Numbered from the stretch's first letter, positions 19,513-29,607 are shown. The stretch: 64,000 nucleotides of DNA from Anaeromyxobacteraceae bacterium (GCA_047602405.1 JASGHJ010000002.1:1920001-1984000); one strand, 5' to 3'. The notes: generated by a model from the letters alone, not told the origin. A program made the numbers and translations.

Positions 19513-20825
19513 GGCCGCGGATCCCGGGGCCCGGCGACCTCCTCGGCGGCCGGTACCGCGTGCGGAACCAGCTCGGGGCCGGCGGCACCGGCACGGTGTT
19601 CGAGGCCGTCCAGGAGGGGCTCGAGCGCCGGGTGGCGCTGAAGCTCCTCCACGCGCACGTCGCCGCGGTGCCGGGCGCGCCGGAGCGCTTCCGGCGCGAG
19701 GGCATCATCATGGCCCGGCTGCGCCACCCGAACGCCGTCGAGGTCTACGAGTGGGGCGACGACGCGGGCACGCTCTTCCTCGCCATGGAGCTCCTCGAGG
19801 GCCTCCCGCTCGACGACCTCGTCTACCGGTCGGGGGCCCTGCCCATCGCCCGGATCGCCGGGCTCGTCGCGCAGGTGCTGGACGTGCTCGACGCCGCCCA
19901 CGCGCTCGGGATCATCCACCGCGACCTCAAGCCGTCGAACCTGATGGTCTGCCGGGGCGCCTCGGGCGACCGGGTGAAGCTCCTCGACCTCGGCCTCGCG
20001 ACCGTGGTGGGCGACACCGCCCTCGCGCGGCTCACGCAGAGCGGCGCGCTCACCGGGACGCCGGCCTACATGTCCCCGGAGCAGAGCCGCGCCGAGCCGG
20101 TGGACGCGCGCTCCGACCTCTACGCCCTCGGGTGCGTCCTCTACGAGCTCGTCACCGGGCAGCCGCCCTTCGGGGACGCGCCGACCATGGACGTGCTCGC
20201 CGGCCACGTCTACCGCCCGGCGCGACCGCCCTCCGACGTGCGGGCCGACCGGGGCGTCCCGCTCGCGCTCGAGCGCGTGATCCTGCGGGCGCTCGCGAAG
20301 CGCCCGGTGGACCGGCCGCAGTCCGCCGCCGCGATGAAGCGGGAGCTCCTCGCCGCGATGACGGAGCCGGCCGGCGCGACGCCGGTCCGCGCCGCCCGGG
20401 CCTCCCCGCGGACGCCGCCCTCCCCCTGGATCCCCGAGGCCACGCCGGGCGCCGCGGCCGCCCCGGTGGGCGTGCTCGCCCTCGCCCCGGGCGGCGGGGC
20501 GCGCGAGGACGCCGACGAGGGCGTGCTCACCGCGCTCGGCGCCTCCGGGCTCGACGCCCGCCCCATCCGCCGCGACGCCCCGCCCGCCGCCTGGTCGTGC
20601 GTGCTCGTGGTCGCGGCCGCCGGCGGGGCCTTCGCCGTCGACGCCGCCCGCGCCTTCGCGGCCGCGCCGGGGGCCCCTCCGGTGCTGCTCTGCGGCCCGG
20701 AGGACGACTTCCCGCTCATGACCGCCGCCATCCAGGCCGGCCTCTTCGACTACGTGCCGCTCCCGCTCGATCCCGCAGACCTCCTGCGCAAGGTGACCCG
20801 TGCCCAGCGCCAAGCCCAGCCCTGA
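19509..20825 (+). CDS. Ser/Thr protein kinase with C-terminal receiver-like domain
   Basis: LGAGGTGTV, VALK, HRDLKPSN, DLG, GTPAYMSPEQ, DLYALG; GTGA overlap with the cyclase stop. Confidence 0.9.
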   Translation: MRPRIPGPGDLLGGRYRVRNQLGAGGTGTVFEAVQEGLERRVALKLLHAHVAAVPGAPERFRREGIIMARLRHPNAVEVYEWGDDAGTLFLAMELLEGLPLDDLVYRSGALPIARIAGLVAQVLDVLDAAHALGIIHRDLKPSNLMVCRGASGDRVKLLDLGLATVVGDTALARLTQSGALTGTPAYMSPEQSRAEPVDARSDLYALGCVLYELVTGQPPFGDAPTMDVLAGHVYRPARPPSDVRADRGVPLALERVILRALAKRPVDRPQSAAAMKRELLAAMTEPAGATPVRAARASPRTPPSPWIPEATPGAAAAPVGVLALAPGGGAREDADEGVLTALGASGLDARPIRRDAPPAAWSCVLVVAAAGGAFAVDAARAFAAAPGAPPVLLCGPEDDFPLMTAAIQAGLFDYVPLPLDPADLLRKVTRAQRQAQP

Positions 20826-22653
20826 CCGCGCCCGCCGGCTCGCCGGCGTGCTGCTCGCCGCCGTGCTCGCCCTCCCCGCCGCCGCGCCCGCCAGACCGCC
20901 CGACACGTGGGTCGTGAAGCCGGGCGAGACCTGCGTCGGCATCGCGCGCGTCGTGTTCGGCAACGGCAAGGCGGGCCTCGCGCGCCTCCACGCCCTCAAC
21001 CCGCAGCTCGGCCCGCAGCCGCACCGGCTCGTCCCGGGCAGCGTGCTCCGCCTCGCCGACGCGCCCGTCGCCGAGCTCACGCTCGTGCGCCCCCGCGTCG
21101 AGGCGCGCGCGCCCGGCGCCACCGAGTGGTCGCCCGCGTCGCAGGGGCTGGGCCTCCAGCCCCGCTCGCAGGTGACCACGCTCGAGCGCGCCGGCGCCGA
21201 GGTCACCTTCGCGGACACCTCGCGGCTCGTGCTCCGCGAGAACGCGTTCGCCATCATCTACGGCCCGCTCGCCTCGGCCGCGCGCTCGCCGGACCGCTCG
21301 GGCCAGGTCGAGCTCGTGCAGGGCGAGGCCTCGGTGTCCCTCGCGGCGCTGCGGGGCGAGACCGCCCGGGTGGCGACGCCCGGCGCGAGCCTGTCGGCCG
21401 CCTCCCGCGAGGTGGTGGTGGCCGTGGACGGCCCCATGAGCCGGGTCTCCGTGCTCGACGGCCGCGCCGAGGTCTCCGCGCGCGGCAGGGCCGTGGCGCT
21501 CCGCGAGGGCGAGGGCACGCGCGTCGAACAGGGCAAGGCGCCCGAGCCGGCCCGGAAGCTCCCCGCCGCGCCCGAGCTCGCCGGGGCGGCCCGCCGGGTG
21601 CTGCTCTCCGGGGAAGGCCCCGGCAAGGAGCTGCGCCTCGGCTGGGCCCCGGTGCCGGGAGCGGCCCGGTACCGCGTCGAGGTGGCGCGCGACGAGCGCT
21701 TCGCGGACCGGGTCGCGGTGCTGGACCTCGCGGCCTCCGCCGCGCCCGAGGCGGTCGTCCCGGGCCTCGCGCCCGGACGGCTGCGCGCCCGCGTGCGCGC
21801 CGTGGACGCCGCCGGGCTCGTGGGCCCGGCGTCCGCGCCGGCGATCGTGGACGTGGTCGCGCTGCGCATCGAGCGCGGCGAGCCCGGCGCCGACGGCGTG
21901 GTCCGGGGCGAGCAGGAGGTGCGGCTCGCGCTCGAGGCGCCGCAGGGCGTCGAGGACCTCGTGCTCACCGTGGACGGGAAGCCGGACCGCTCTCCGGTCA
22001 CGCTCGCCACGCCGGGGCGGCACGCGGTCCGCGTCGGGATCCCGGGCGCGCCCGCGGGCGAGGGCGTGGGCCTCGCCGCGGACGTGGTGGGCCCGCCGCC
22101 CGCGCCGCCGGCGCCGCCGCCGGCCTCCCCGCCCCCCGCCGCGCCCGCGGAGCCCTCGGGGCCGGTGGTCGAGGCCCGGGTCGCCGTCGTGTCCGGACAC
22201 GGTCCGGCGGCGCAGGGGAGCCCGCTCTCGAGCCACGCGGCCGTCGAGCTGCACGCCGGGTGGAGGGTGTCGCGGGTGCTCGCGCTCACCTTGTACGGGT
22301 CGCACGGGCCCGGGGCGCTCGGGTTCGGGGCGTGCCCGGCGGCCGGCTGCGGCTCGACGAGCGCGGCGGGCTTCGAGGCTGAATTCTCGCTCGCGCCGGG
22401 CGCCGCCTCGAACCCGTGGATCGGGCTCGGAGCGGGGCTGTCGTGGATCCAGCCGCCGACCGGGACGCCGCAGCGGAGCACCACGCTGCTCAGGACCCGT
22501 ATCGGGGTGACCTCGGAGATCGCGCGAGGGCTCGCCGTCGGCCCGTGGTTCGGCTGGAGCTTCGAGCGGCCGGAGGCGTCGGCCGGGTCCAGCCGGTCGC
22601 TGCACGGGTGGATCGCGGTCGGGGTGAGCGGCGCATGGGAAGGGCGCAGGTAG
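20800..22653 (+). CDS. exported LysM and FecR-like protein with Ig-like region and C-terminal barrel-like domain
   Basis: VVKPGETCVGIA...LNP...LVPGSVL (LysM); FADTSRLVL, ATPGAS, VSVLDGRAEV (FecR-like). Confidence 0.75.
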   Translation: MPSAKPSPDRARRLAGVLLAAVLALPAAAPARPPDTWVVKPGETCVGIARVVFGNGKAGLARLHALNPQLGPQPHRLVPGSVLRLADAPVAELTLVRPRVEARAPGATEWSPASQGLGLQPRSQVTTLERAGAEVTFADTSRLVLRENAFAIIYGPLASAARSPDRSGQVELVQGEASVSLAALRGETARVATPGASLSAASREVVVAVDGPMSRVSVLDGRAEVSARGRAVALREGEGTRVEQGKAPEPARKLPAAPELAGAARRVLLSGEGPGKELRLGWAPVPGAARYRVEVARDERFADRVAVLDLAASAAPEAVVPGLAPGRLRARVRAVDAAGLVGPASAPAIVDVVALRIERGEPGADGVVRGEQEVRLALEAPQGVEDLVLTVDGKPDRSPVTLATPGRHAVRVGIPGAPAGEGVGLAADVVGPPPAPPAPPPASPPPAAPAEPSGPVVEARVAVVSGHGPAAQGSPLSSHAAVELHAGWRVSRVLALTLYGSHGPGALGFGACPAAGCGSTSAAGFEAEFSLAPGAASNPWIGLGAGLSWIQPPTGTPQRSTTLLRTRIGVTSEIARGLAVGPWFGWSFERPEASAGSSRSLHGWIAVGVSGAWEGRR

Positions 22654-22660
22654 GTCCGCC

Positions 22661-23338
22661 GTGTACGCACGCACCGAGCGCCCGCTCACCGAAGCCGAGC
22701 AACGGCGCCTCCGCAGGCAGCTCGCGAGGAAGTCCCGACGATCGCTGGCCTCGCCCAGGCCCTGGATCGCCAGCCTCGTCGTCTTCGGCGTGCTCTGGGC
22801 GGCGACCGTGCTCGCCACGGGCCGGGTCCTCTGGCCCACGGTCCTGTGGGGGGCGGCCGCGCTCCTCATGCCCCTCTGGATGGACCGGGACGAGCGCCTC
22901 GAGGCCCGCGCGCGTCGCCGCCGGCTCGAGGGTGCGCTGGCTGCGAACCGTGCGGAGGAGCACCGCGTGACGGCCACCGCGGCCGTGCTGCTCGAGGAGG
23001 TCGAGGATCTCGGCGAGGCCTGGGCCTTCCAGGTCGAGCCCGACCGGCTCCTGCTCCTCGGGCCGCGCCAGGCCCTGCCGCGCGGCTTCCCGAGTGACGA
23101 CTTCTCCTACACGAAGTGCCGCGACGCGGAGGGGGCGGTCGTCGAGGAGTGGTTCACGCTGCGCGGCGAGCCGCTCGCTCCGGCGCGCCGGATCCCGGCC
23201 GCGGTCCAGCCCGGGCTCGCGTTCCCTGGCGAGCTCGAGCTCCTCGAGGGGCGGCTGGACCGGCTCGAGGACCTCCTCCGCCCCGCCCGCTCGATCACCC
23301 CACCGCGGCCGCCACCCCCGCCGGCAACCGCATGCTGA
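22661..23338 (+). CDS. hypothetical membrane protein (two TMs)
   Basis: GTG start just after the upstream stop; hydrophobic hairpin. Confidence 0.6.
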   Translation: MYARTERPLTEAEQRRLRRQLARKSRRSLASPRPWIASLVVFGVLWAATVLATGRVLWPTVLWGAAALLMPLWMDRDERLEARARRRRLEGALAANRAEEHRVTATAAVLLEEVEDLGEAWAFQVEPDRLLLLGPRQALPRGFPSDDFSYTKCRDAEGAVVEEWFTLRGEPLAPARRIPAAVQPGLAFPGELELLEGRLDRLEDLLRPARSITPPRPPPPPATAC

Positions 23339-24131
23339 CCCTCGTCCCCTTCCCCGGCGCGGAGGCGATCTCGAGCGTGCCGCCCATCAGCTCGACGCGC
23401 TCCTGCATGCCGGCGAGCCCGAGGTGCCCGCCGGCCTCGGACCGCGAGCGCATCGCGGGCACGTCGAACCCCGCCCCGTCGTCGGAGACGACCACGACGA
23501 GCGCGGAGCCCTCCTCGCCGACCGACACCGCGAGCTCCTTCGCGGCGGCGTGCCTGAGCACGTTCGTCACCGCCTCCTGCACGACCCGGAACACGGTGAT
23601 CTCGACGTCCGGCGGGTACCGATCGAGCCCGGCAGGGAGCTCGATCCGCATCTGGATGCCGGAGCGGCGCCGGACCGCCTCGAGCCAGCCCTCGAGCGCG
23701 ACGCGCAGGCCACGCTCGTCCAGCAGCGGCGGCCGCAGGTCGAGCGAGATCCCGCGCACCCGGGCGATGAGCCGGTCGAGGAGCCCGATGGTGTCGGTGA
23801 GGCTCGCGACCTTGGGCGCCGGCGTGGACGGGCGCTTCAGGAGCTGCAGGTTGATCTTCGCGGCCGTGAGCTCCTGGCCGATCTCGTCGTGGAGCTCCCG
23901 GGCGATGCGGCGGCGCTCGTCCTCGCGGACCGCCTCGAGGCGGCGGCTGAGGTCCCGCAGGCGCTCGTAGGCGCGCTCGAGCTCGGCCGTGCGCGCCTTG
24001 AGCTCGCGGACCCGGTACCGGTACGCGAGGTACGCGACCGTGATCACGAGGATCGCGAAGGACGCGCGCACCGGCCACGGAAAGAGGACGAAGTCGCCCG
24101 GCGGGACCGACCAGTTCAAGGCCGGCATCAT
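23295..24131 (-). CDS. NarX/UhpB-type (HisKA_3) histidine kinase with a single TM
   Basis: ERRRIARELHDEIGQ, QEAVTNVLRHA, DDGAGF, GLAGMQER. Confidence 0.9.
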   Translation of the reverse strand: MMPALNWSVPPGDFVLFPWPVRASFAILVITVAYLAYRYRVRELKARTAELERAYERLRDLSRRLEAVREDERRRIARELHDEIGQELTAAKINLQLLKRPSTPAPKVASLTDTIGLLDRLIARVRGISLDLRPPLLDERGLRVALEGWLEAVRRRSGIQMRIELPAGLDRYPPDVEITVFRVVQEAVTNVLRHAAAKELAVSVGEEGSALVVVVSDDGAGFDVPAMRSRSEAGGHLGLAGMQERVELMGGTLEIASAPGKGTRVSMRLPAGVAAAVG

Positions 24132-24976
24132 ACCCCGTGCTTGATCCGCTCGAGGGCCGCGTACACCTCGTGCCGCACGAGCCCGCGCGCGCGCGCGACC
24201 TCCTTCGCGATCGCCGTCGGCGGCTCGCCCGCCGCGACGCGGCGCCGGAGCTCGTCCTCGAGCGGCTCGACCGCGACCTCGGGGGCGTGCGCCGCCGCGC
24301 CCTCCGCCGGCGGGCCGACCACGAGGGTCACCTCGCCCTTCACCTCGCCCGCGAAGCGCGCGGCGAGGGCCGTGAGCGTGCCCCGCGCGAGCTCCTCGTG
24401 GACCTTCGTGAGCTCGCGCGCGACCACCGCCGGGCGGTCGCCGAGCGCCTCGGCGAGGTCGAGGAGCGTGTCGCGGGTGCGGTTGCCGGCCTCGTAGAGC
24501 ACGAGCGTGCACGGGAGCGAGGCGAGCCACCGGAGCGCGTCGGCGCGGGCCCCGCCCTTGCGCGGCAGGAAGCCTGCGAAGGTGAACCGGTCGGCGGGCA
24601 GGCCCGAGCCGGCGAGGGCGGCGAGCGCGGCGCTCGGGCCGGGCACGGGCACCACCGTCGCGCCCGCCTCCCAGGCGGCCGCCACGAGCGCGGCGCCGGG
24701 GTCGGAGACGCCGGGGGTGCCGGCGTCGGTGCAGAGCGCCACCTCCTCGCCCGCGGCGAGCCGGTCGAGCACCGGCCCGAGCCGGGCCCGCTCGTCGAAC
24801 GCCGGGAGCGAGACCAGCGCGGGCGCCGGCGCGCCGAGGTGGGCGTAGAGCTTGCGGGTGCGGCGGGTGTCCTCGGCGGCGACCGCGGTCACGCGCCGGA
24901 GCACCTCGGCGGCCCGCGGCGAGAGGTCGCCGAGGTTGCCGATGGGCGTCGCGAGGACCCAGAGCGTCCCGCTCAC
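24128..24976 (-). CDS. rsmI: 16S rRNA C1402 2'-O-methyltransferase
   Basis: ATPIGNLGDLS, AEDTR, DAGTPGVSDPG, RELTKVHEE. Confidence 0.95.
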   Translation of the reverse strand: MSGTLWVLATPIGNLGDLSPRAAEVLRRVTAVAAEDTRRTRKLYAHLGAPAPALVSLPAFDERARLGPVLDRLAAGEEVALCTDAGTPGVSDPGAALVAAAWEAGATVVPVPGPSAALAALAGSGLPADRFTFAGFLPRKGGARADALRWLASLPCTLVLYEAGNRTRDTLLDLAEALGDRPAVVARELTKVHEELARGTLTALAARFAGEVKGEVTLVVGPPAEGAAAHAPEVAVEPLEDELRRRVAAGEPPTAIAKEVARARGLVRHEVYAALERIKHGV

Positions 24977-25371
24977 TGCGCGCCCCCGTCGGCGTCGAAG
25001 GCGTTCCGGTGGTGGCGGACGACGGGCGCCCCCCGCCCGAGCTCGATGGCGACCACGTCGAAGCGGATGGGGCGGTCGAGGCCGCCGTGGCGCGCGGCCC
25101 AGTCGGTCGCGGCGGCGACCACCCGCAGCGCCTTGCGCCGGTCAATCGACTCCTCGGGCGTCATGGGCGCGCCGACCTCGCGGGAGCGGACCTCCACGAA
25201 GCACAGCACCGCGCCGTCCCGGCAGACGAGGTCGACCTCGCCGCGCCGCGCGCGGTGGTTCCTCGCGAGGATCTCCATGCCCTTCCCTTCCAGGTACTCC
25301 GCCGCGAGCGCCTCGGCGCGCCGGCCGGCCTCGGTGCGCTCGCCCGGGGCTCTCGAGGGGGGCCGCCGCAC
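24973..25371 (-). CDS. yraN: YraN/UPF0102 putative endonuclease
   Basis: GRRAE, GEVDLV, FVEVR, RFDVV, NAF. Confidence 0.9.
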   Translation of the reverse strand: MRRPPSRAPGERTEAGRRAEALAAEYLEGKGMEILARNHRARRGEVDLVCRDGAVLCFVEVRSREVGAPMTPEESIDRRKALRVVAAATDWAARHGGLDRPIRFDVVAIELGRGAPVVRHHRNAFDADGGAQ

Positions 25372-25380
25372 GCGCGCGCC

Positions 25381-27229
25381 TCAGGCCACGTGATCCGCGG
25401 CCTCCTTGAAGGCCGGGTCGGAGGTCGCGTGCACGATCTGGCCGGGCTTCGCGAGCTGCTTGAGGAGCCGCGCCACGAAGCGCCGCGAGCCCTCGGCGAG
25501 CCCGGCGAAGGCGTCGTCCACCACCGCCACGGAGCGCGTCTCCACGAGCGCGCGCTCGAGGAACGCGAGCTTGAGCGCGAGCCAGAGGAGATCGCGGTCG
25601 GCCATCGAGAGCGTGGAGGCGGGCGTGGGCCGGCCGCCGGTCACCGCCGCGAGGTTCCCGCGGTCGTCCACCTGCAGCGCCGAGAGCCGCTGGAAGGTGA
25701 GCCCGGCGAGGTGCGCGGAGGCCTTCTGCGCGACGGCGCGCGCGGCGGCGGCCGGGCTCTGCTTGAGCTCGGTCCCGGCCCGCTCGAGGAGCGCCCGGAG
25801 GGGGTCGACCACCGGCGCCGCCGTCACCGGCGGTGGGGGCGGCGCCGCCGCGGCGGGCGGGGCGGCCGCGTCGGCCTCCATGCGCTGGATCTCGCTCTCC
25901 ACCGAGCGCACGTCGCGGACGAAGCCGCCGGCGTCCTCGGAGAGCCTCGCCTCGAGGTCCCTGATCTGCGCCTCGACCGCGGCGCGCTCGCGCTTGCCCT
26001 CGGTGGCCTCCGGGGAGGCCTCCCACTCGTCGCGGCGGCGGCGCCACTCGGCCACCACCTGGTCGGCGTCGGCGAGCCGCCCGAGCGCCTCCTTCAGCTC
26101 CGCGACGCGGGTGAAGCCGAGCGCCTTCATCGCCGCGTGGATCTCGGCGCCGTCCCGCTCGAACTGCTCCCCGACCTTCTGCTCCCAGTCGGCCAGCACC
26201 CGGCGCCGCCGGCCGACGCGCTCCCAGCCCTCGAGCTCGCCGATCCAGCGGTACGCGAGCACCCCGGCGCCGCCGAACGCGGCGATGGCCAGGATCGACA
26301 GGTAGCGGAGAATCGCTGTGCGACGCGGCCCCGTACGCGGCGAGGACCGCGAAGAGGAGCCCGCCGCCGGCGAGCCCCCAGAACCGCCCGTCGCCCCAGA
26401 ACGGCACCGGCCCGCCGCCCGCCTCGGCCTCGGCGAGCGCCTCCTTCTCCCGGGCCGCCTTGGCGCCGGCCTCCTCGCGCCGCGCCGCGAGCTTCTCGTA
26501 GGCGCCGAGCTTCGCCTCGGCCTCCCCGAGCGCGGCGGCCGCCCCGGCCACGTCGCCGAGCTCCTGGCGGGCGGCCTCGGCCTTCTCGAGCCCCTCGGCG
26601 ACGCGCGCGCCGCTCTTCATGACCTCCTCGAGCTTGAACAGCTTCGCCTGGAGCCCGTCGAGCTGGTACTGGAGCTTCTCCGCCACCTTCGCCTTCTCGA
26701 GCTCGGCGCGCAGCGCGACGAGCCGCTTCCTCGCCTCGTCGGGCGGGACGGCCGCGCGGATGGGCTGCTCGGAGCCGGTGATGGAGGTGCGCGCGCCCTG
26801 CTTCGAGGGGAGGTCGGCGGCGGCGATCGTCAGGAACGCCTTCGTCCGCTCGGCGGGCGGCGCGCCCGCGGTGGCGCGCAGGAAGTCGGCGATCGCGGGG
26901 AGCTCCGACGCGACGAGCGCGAAGGAGCGCTTCTCGGGATCGAACCGGTGCAGCTGGCAGCCCGCCGCGAAGTCGCGGACCAGCCGGTAGGTCACCCGGT
27001 CGTCGCCGACCAGGGTCAGGCCCGCCTTGAGCGGCGACTGGCCGGGCTGCCCCGACGTGCGGGGGAGCCCCTCGCCGTCGCGGGAGGTGGGGTGGAGGAG
27101 CGCCTCGAGGAGCTTGCGCAGCGCGACGCCATCGGCGGCGACGACGTTGTAGCCGGGGCGCAGCGTCGCCCGGCCACCGGCCGGAGCGACACCGCGGACG
27201 CCCTGCGCTGCGAACTCGAGGAGGATCAC
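25381..27229 (-). CDS. Rad50/SbcC/YhaN-like coiled-coil protein with central TM hairpin and degenerate ATPase motifs; frameshift near 26310
   Basis: SMC-like N-terminal strands, coiled coil, TM pair spanning the frameshift, C-terminal LSMADRD...LALKL...VVDDAF. Confidence 0.7.
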
Positions 27230-27285
27230 GGGTGGGCGCCCATGTTAGCGCCCGGCCCGTGCTCCGGGAAGCACTACGCCTCGAT

Positions 27286-27330
27286 CCGGGGTGGGGCCCC
27301 GGCGATCCCTCGACAAGCTCGGGATCGACG
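27286..27330. repeat. GC palindrome plus REP-like element, copy 2
   Basis: ccggggtggggccccg followed by tccctcgacaagctcgggat. Confidence 0.5.
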
Positions 27331-27352
27331 GGGCGGGGGCCATGCCCCCGCG

Positions 27353-27748
27353 CTACTCGGTCTTCGGGGCAGGGGCGGCCGGCGCGGCGGCCTCGCCGCT
27401 GCCCTCCTCCTGGTGGAGGCGCGCGGCCTTGCCCTGGAGGTCGCGGAGGAAGTAGAGGCGGGCGCGGCGGACCTCGCCGTGGCCCAGCACCTCGACCTTG
27501 TCCACGCGGGGGCTGTGGGTCGGGAAGATGCGCTCCACGCCCACGCCGTAGCTGACCTTGCGGACCGTGAAGTTGGAGGCGGTGCCACCCTTGCGGTAGG
27601 CGATGACCACGCCCTCGAAGACCTGGATGCGCTCCTTGTCGCCTTCCTTGATCTTCGTGTGGACGCGGACGTTGTCACCCGCGCGCATCTCGGGGACGTC
27701 CTTCCGCTTGTACTTCGCCTCGACGTCGGCAATCGCCTTGCGCATCAT
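27353..27748 (-). CDS. rplS: 50S ribosomal protein L19
   Basis: [36 protein letters not shown]. Confidence 0.97.
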   Translation of the reverse strand: MMRKAIADVEAKYKRKDVPEMRAGDNVRVHTKIKEGDKERIQVFEGVVIAYRKGGTASNFTVRKVSYGVGVERIFPTHSPRVDKVEVLGHGEVRRARLYFLRDLQGKAARLHQEEGSGEAAAPAAPAPKTE

Positions 27749-27762
27749 GGTTCCGCTCTCCT

Positions 27763-28500
27763 CTACAGCTCGTCGTCCCCGGCCTCGATGAGCCGGAGGT
27801 CCTTTTCGTCGAGGCGCAGCCGCTCGAACAGATCGGGCCTGCGCTCCCGGGTGGCGCGCAGCGACTCGCGCCGCCGCCACCGCTCGATGCGCCGGTGGTC
27901 CCCGCTCAGGAGGACCTCCGGCACCTTCATGCCCCGGTACTCCGGGGGCCGCGTGTAGTGGGGGTACTCGAGGGCGCCGTCGGCGAAGCTCTCGGCGCCC
28001 GCGGAGTCCGCGTTGCCGAGCACGCCGGGCACGAGCCGCGCCGCCGCGTCGACCACGCACAGCGCCGCGAGCTCACCGCCCGTGAGCACGAAGTCTCCCA
28101 GGGAGACCTCTCTGTCCACCACCGACCTCACGCGCTCGTCCACTCCCTCGTACCGGCCACACACCAGGATCAGCCTGCCGTGCCCCGCCAGCTCCTTCGC
28201 CAGCGCCTGCGAGAGCACCTGCCCCCGCGGGCTCGTCAGCACCACCCAGGCCCCGGGCCTCCGCGCCCGCGCCGCCTCGATGGCCTCCGTGAGCGGCTCG
28301 GGCTTCATCACCATCCCGGCCCCGCCCCCGTACGGCGCGTCGTCGGCGACCCGGTGCTTGCCCGCGGCGTGCTCTCGCACGTCGTGCACCGCCACGTCGA
28401 CGAGCCCGGCCTCCCTGGCCTTCGCCAGGATGGAGCCCGCGAGGTAACCCTCGCAGAGCCCGGGGAACAGCGTCAGGATGTCGACCTCCAGCCCGGCCAC
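27763..28500 (-). CDS. trmD: tRNA (guanine-N1)-methyltransferase
   Basis: [30 protein letters not shown]. Confidence 0.97.
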   Translation of the reverse strand: MAGLEVDILTLFPGLCEGYLAGSILAKAREAGLVDVAVHDVREHAAGKHRVADDAPYGGGAGMVMKPEPLTEAIEAARARRPGAWVVLTSPRGQVLSQALAKELAGHGRLILVCGRYEGVDERVRSVVDREVSLGDFVLTGGELAALCVVDAAARLVPGVLGNADSAGAESFADGALEYPHYTRPPEYRGMKVPEVLLSGDHRRIERWRRRESLRATRERRPDLFERLRLDEKDLRLIEAGDDEL

Positions 28501-28525
28501 GTCGGCCTCTCCCGGTGCCTCCTGC

Positions 28526-29026
28526 CTAACCGCCCTGCTCCAGCAAACCCTCCGGCGGATCGACCACGATGCGCCGGCGCTCCAGATCCACTTCCACGTA
28601 CGGCGCGAGCGGGATCAGCACCTCTCCCCGGTCGCCCGTCACCTGCAAGACGTCCACGGCGCCCGTCTCGAGCAGCCCGGTCACCTTCCCGACCGGCTGG
28701 CCCGCCGCCGTCACCACCTCGAGGCCCTCGAGATCGGCCCAGTAGAAGGCCCCCTCGCCCGCCTCGCCCAGGTCCTCGCGCTCGGCGAGCACCTCGGCCC
28801 CCACCCACGTCTCGGCGGCGGTCCGGTCCACCACCCCGTCCACCCCGAGCGCCCAGAGGCGCCCCTGCGGCCGCGCCACCTGCACCTTCACCAGGCGATC
28901 CGGCTGCCCGGCCCTCCGGAGCGTCACGCGCTCGAGCTCGGCGAGCGCGCCCTCCGTGCCGGCCACCCCCAGGAGCCCCTTGAGGCCCAGGGCGCGGACG
29001 ACCTTGCCCAGCGGGACCAGCGGCAC
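28526..29026 (-). CDS. rimM: 16S rRNA processing protein RimM
   Basis: [22 protein letters not shown] barrel; operon position. Confidence 0.9.
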   Translation of the reverse strand: MPLVPLGKVVRALGLKGLLGVAGTEGALAELERVTLRRAGQPDRLVKVQVARPQGRLWALGVDGVVDRTAAETWVGAEVLAEREDLGEAGEGAFYWADLEGLEVVTAAGQPVGKVTGLLETGAVDVLQVTGDRGEVLIPLAPYVEVDLERRRIVVDPPEGLLEQGG

Positions 29027-29030
29027 GCCG

Positions 29031-29261
29031 CTAGTCCAGGATGTCGAGCACCGCCCGCTTGCCCTCGCGGCGCGCGGCGGCCTCGACGACGGTGCGGAGC
29101 GCCTTCGCGGTCCGCCCGCCACGCCCGATGACGCGCCCGAGGTCGTCCTCGGCCACCGTGAGCTCGAGCACCGTCGAGCGATCCCGCTCGATGGCGTCGA
29201 CCTTCACGGCGTCCCGGTGCTCGACGAGCTCCCGGGCGAGCCAGAGGACGAGATCGTGCAC
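29031..29261 (-). CDS. khpA: KH-domain RNA-binding protein
   Basis: DLGRVIGRGGRTAKALR, between rpsP and rimM. Confidence 0.9.
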   Translation of the reverse strand: MHDLVLWLARELVEHRDAVKVDAIERDRSTVLELTVAEDDLGRVIGRGGRTAKALRTVVEAAARREGKRAVLDILD

Positions 29262-29264
29262 GCC

Positions 29265-29540
29265 CTAGGCCTTCTTCCCGGCGCTCTCGGCCTTCGGGGC
29301 GGCCTTCCCGGCGCGCTTCAGGATCTTCGCGACGGTCGGGCTCGGCTTCGCGCCGATCTTGAGCCAGTGCTGGATGCGCTCGGCCTTGAGCTCGATCCGC
29401 TCCGGGGAGCGGGTCGGGTCGAAGATGCCGACGTCCTCGAGGTACTTGCCGTCCCGCGCCGCGCGCGAGTCGGTGGCCACCACGTGATAGAAGGGCGCCT
29501 TGTGCGTGCCCGCACGCGAGAGCCTGAGAACCACCGCCAT
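29265..29540 (-). CDS. rpsP: 30S ribosomal protein S16
   Basis: VVLRLSR, PFYHVVATDSR, RDGKYLE. Confidence 0.97.
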   Translation of the reverse strand: MAVVLRLSRAGTHKAPFYHVVATDSRAARDGKYLEDVGIFDPTRSPERIELKAERIQHWLKIGAKPSPTVAKILKRAGKAAPKAESAGKKA

Positions 29541-29560
29541 GTGAAGCCTCCTGTGTTTCC

Positions 29561-29603
29561 TGGACCGCGGTGCGGTCGCCTTCGTGGACCGCGGTGCGGT
29601 CGC
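29561..29603. repeat. 19-bp direct repeat tggaccgcggtgcggtcgc (2 copies)
   Basis: Copies at 29561-29579 and 29585-29603 in the rplQ-rpsP spacer. Confidence 0.8.
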
Positions 29604-29607
29604 GGTC

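Noticed and set aside
29561..29603. CRISPR-like repeat
   Set aside because: Only two copies with a 5-bp spacer; no cas genes
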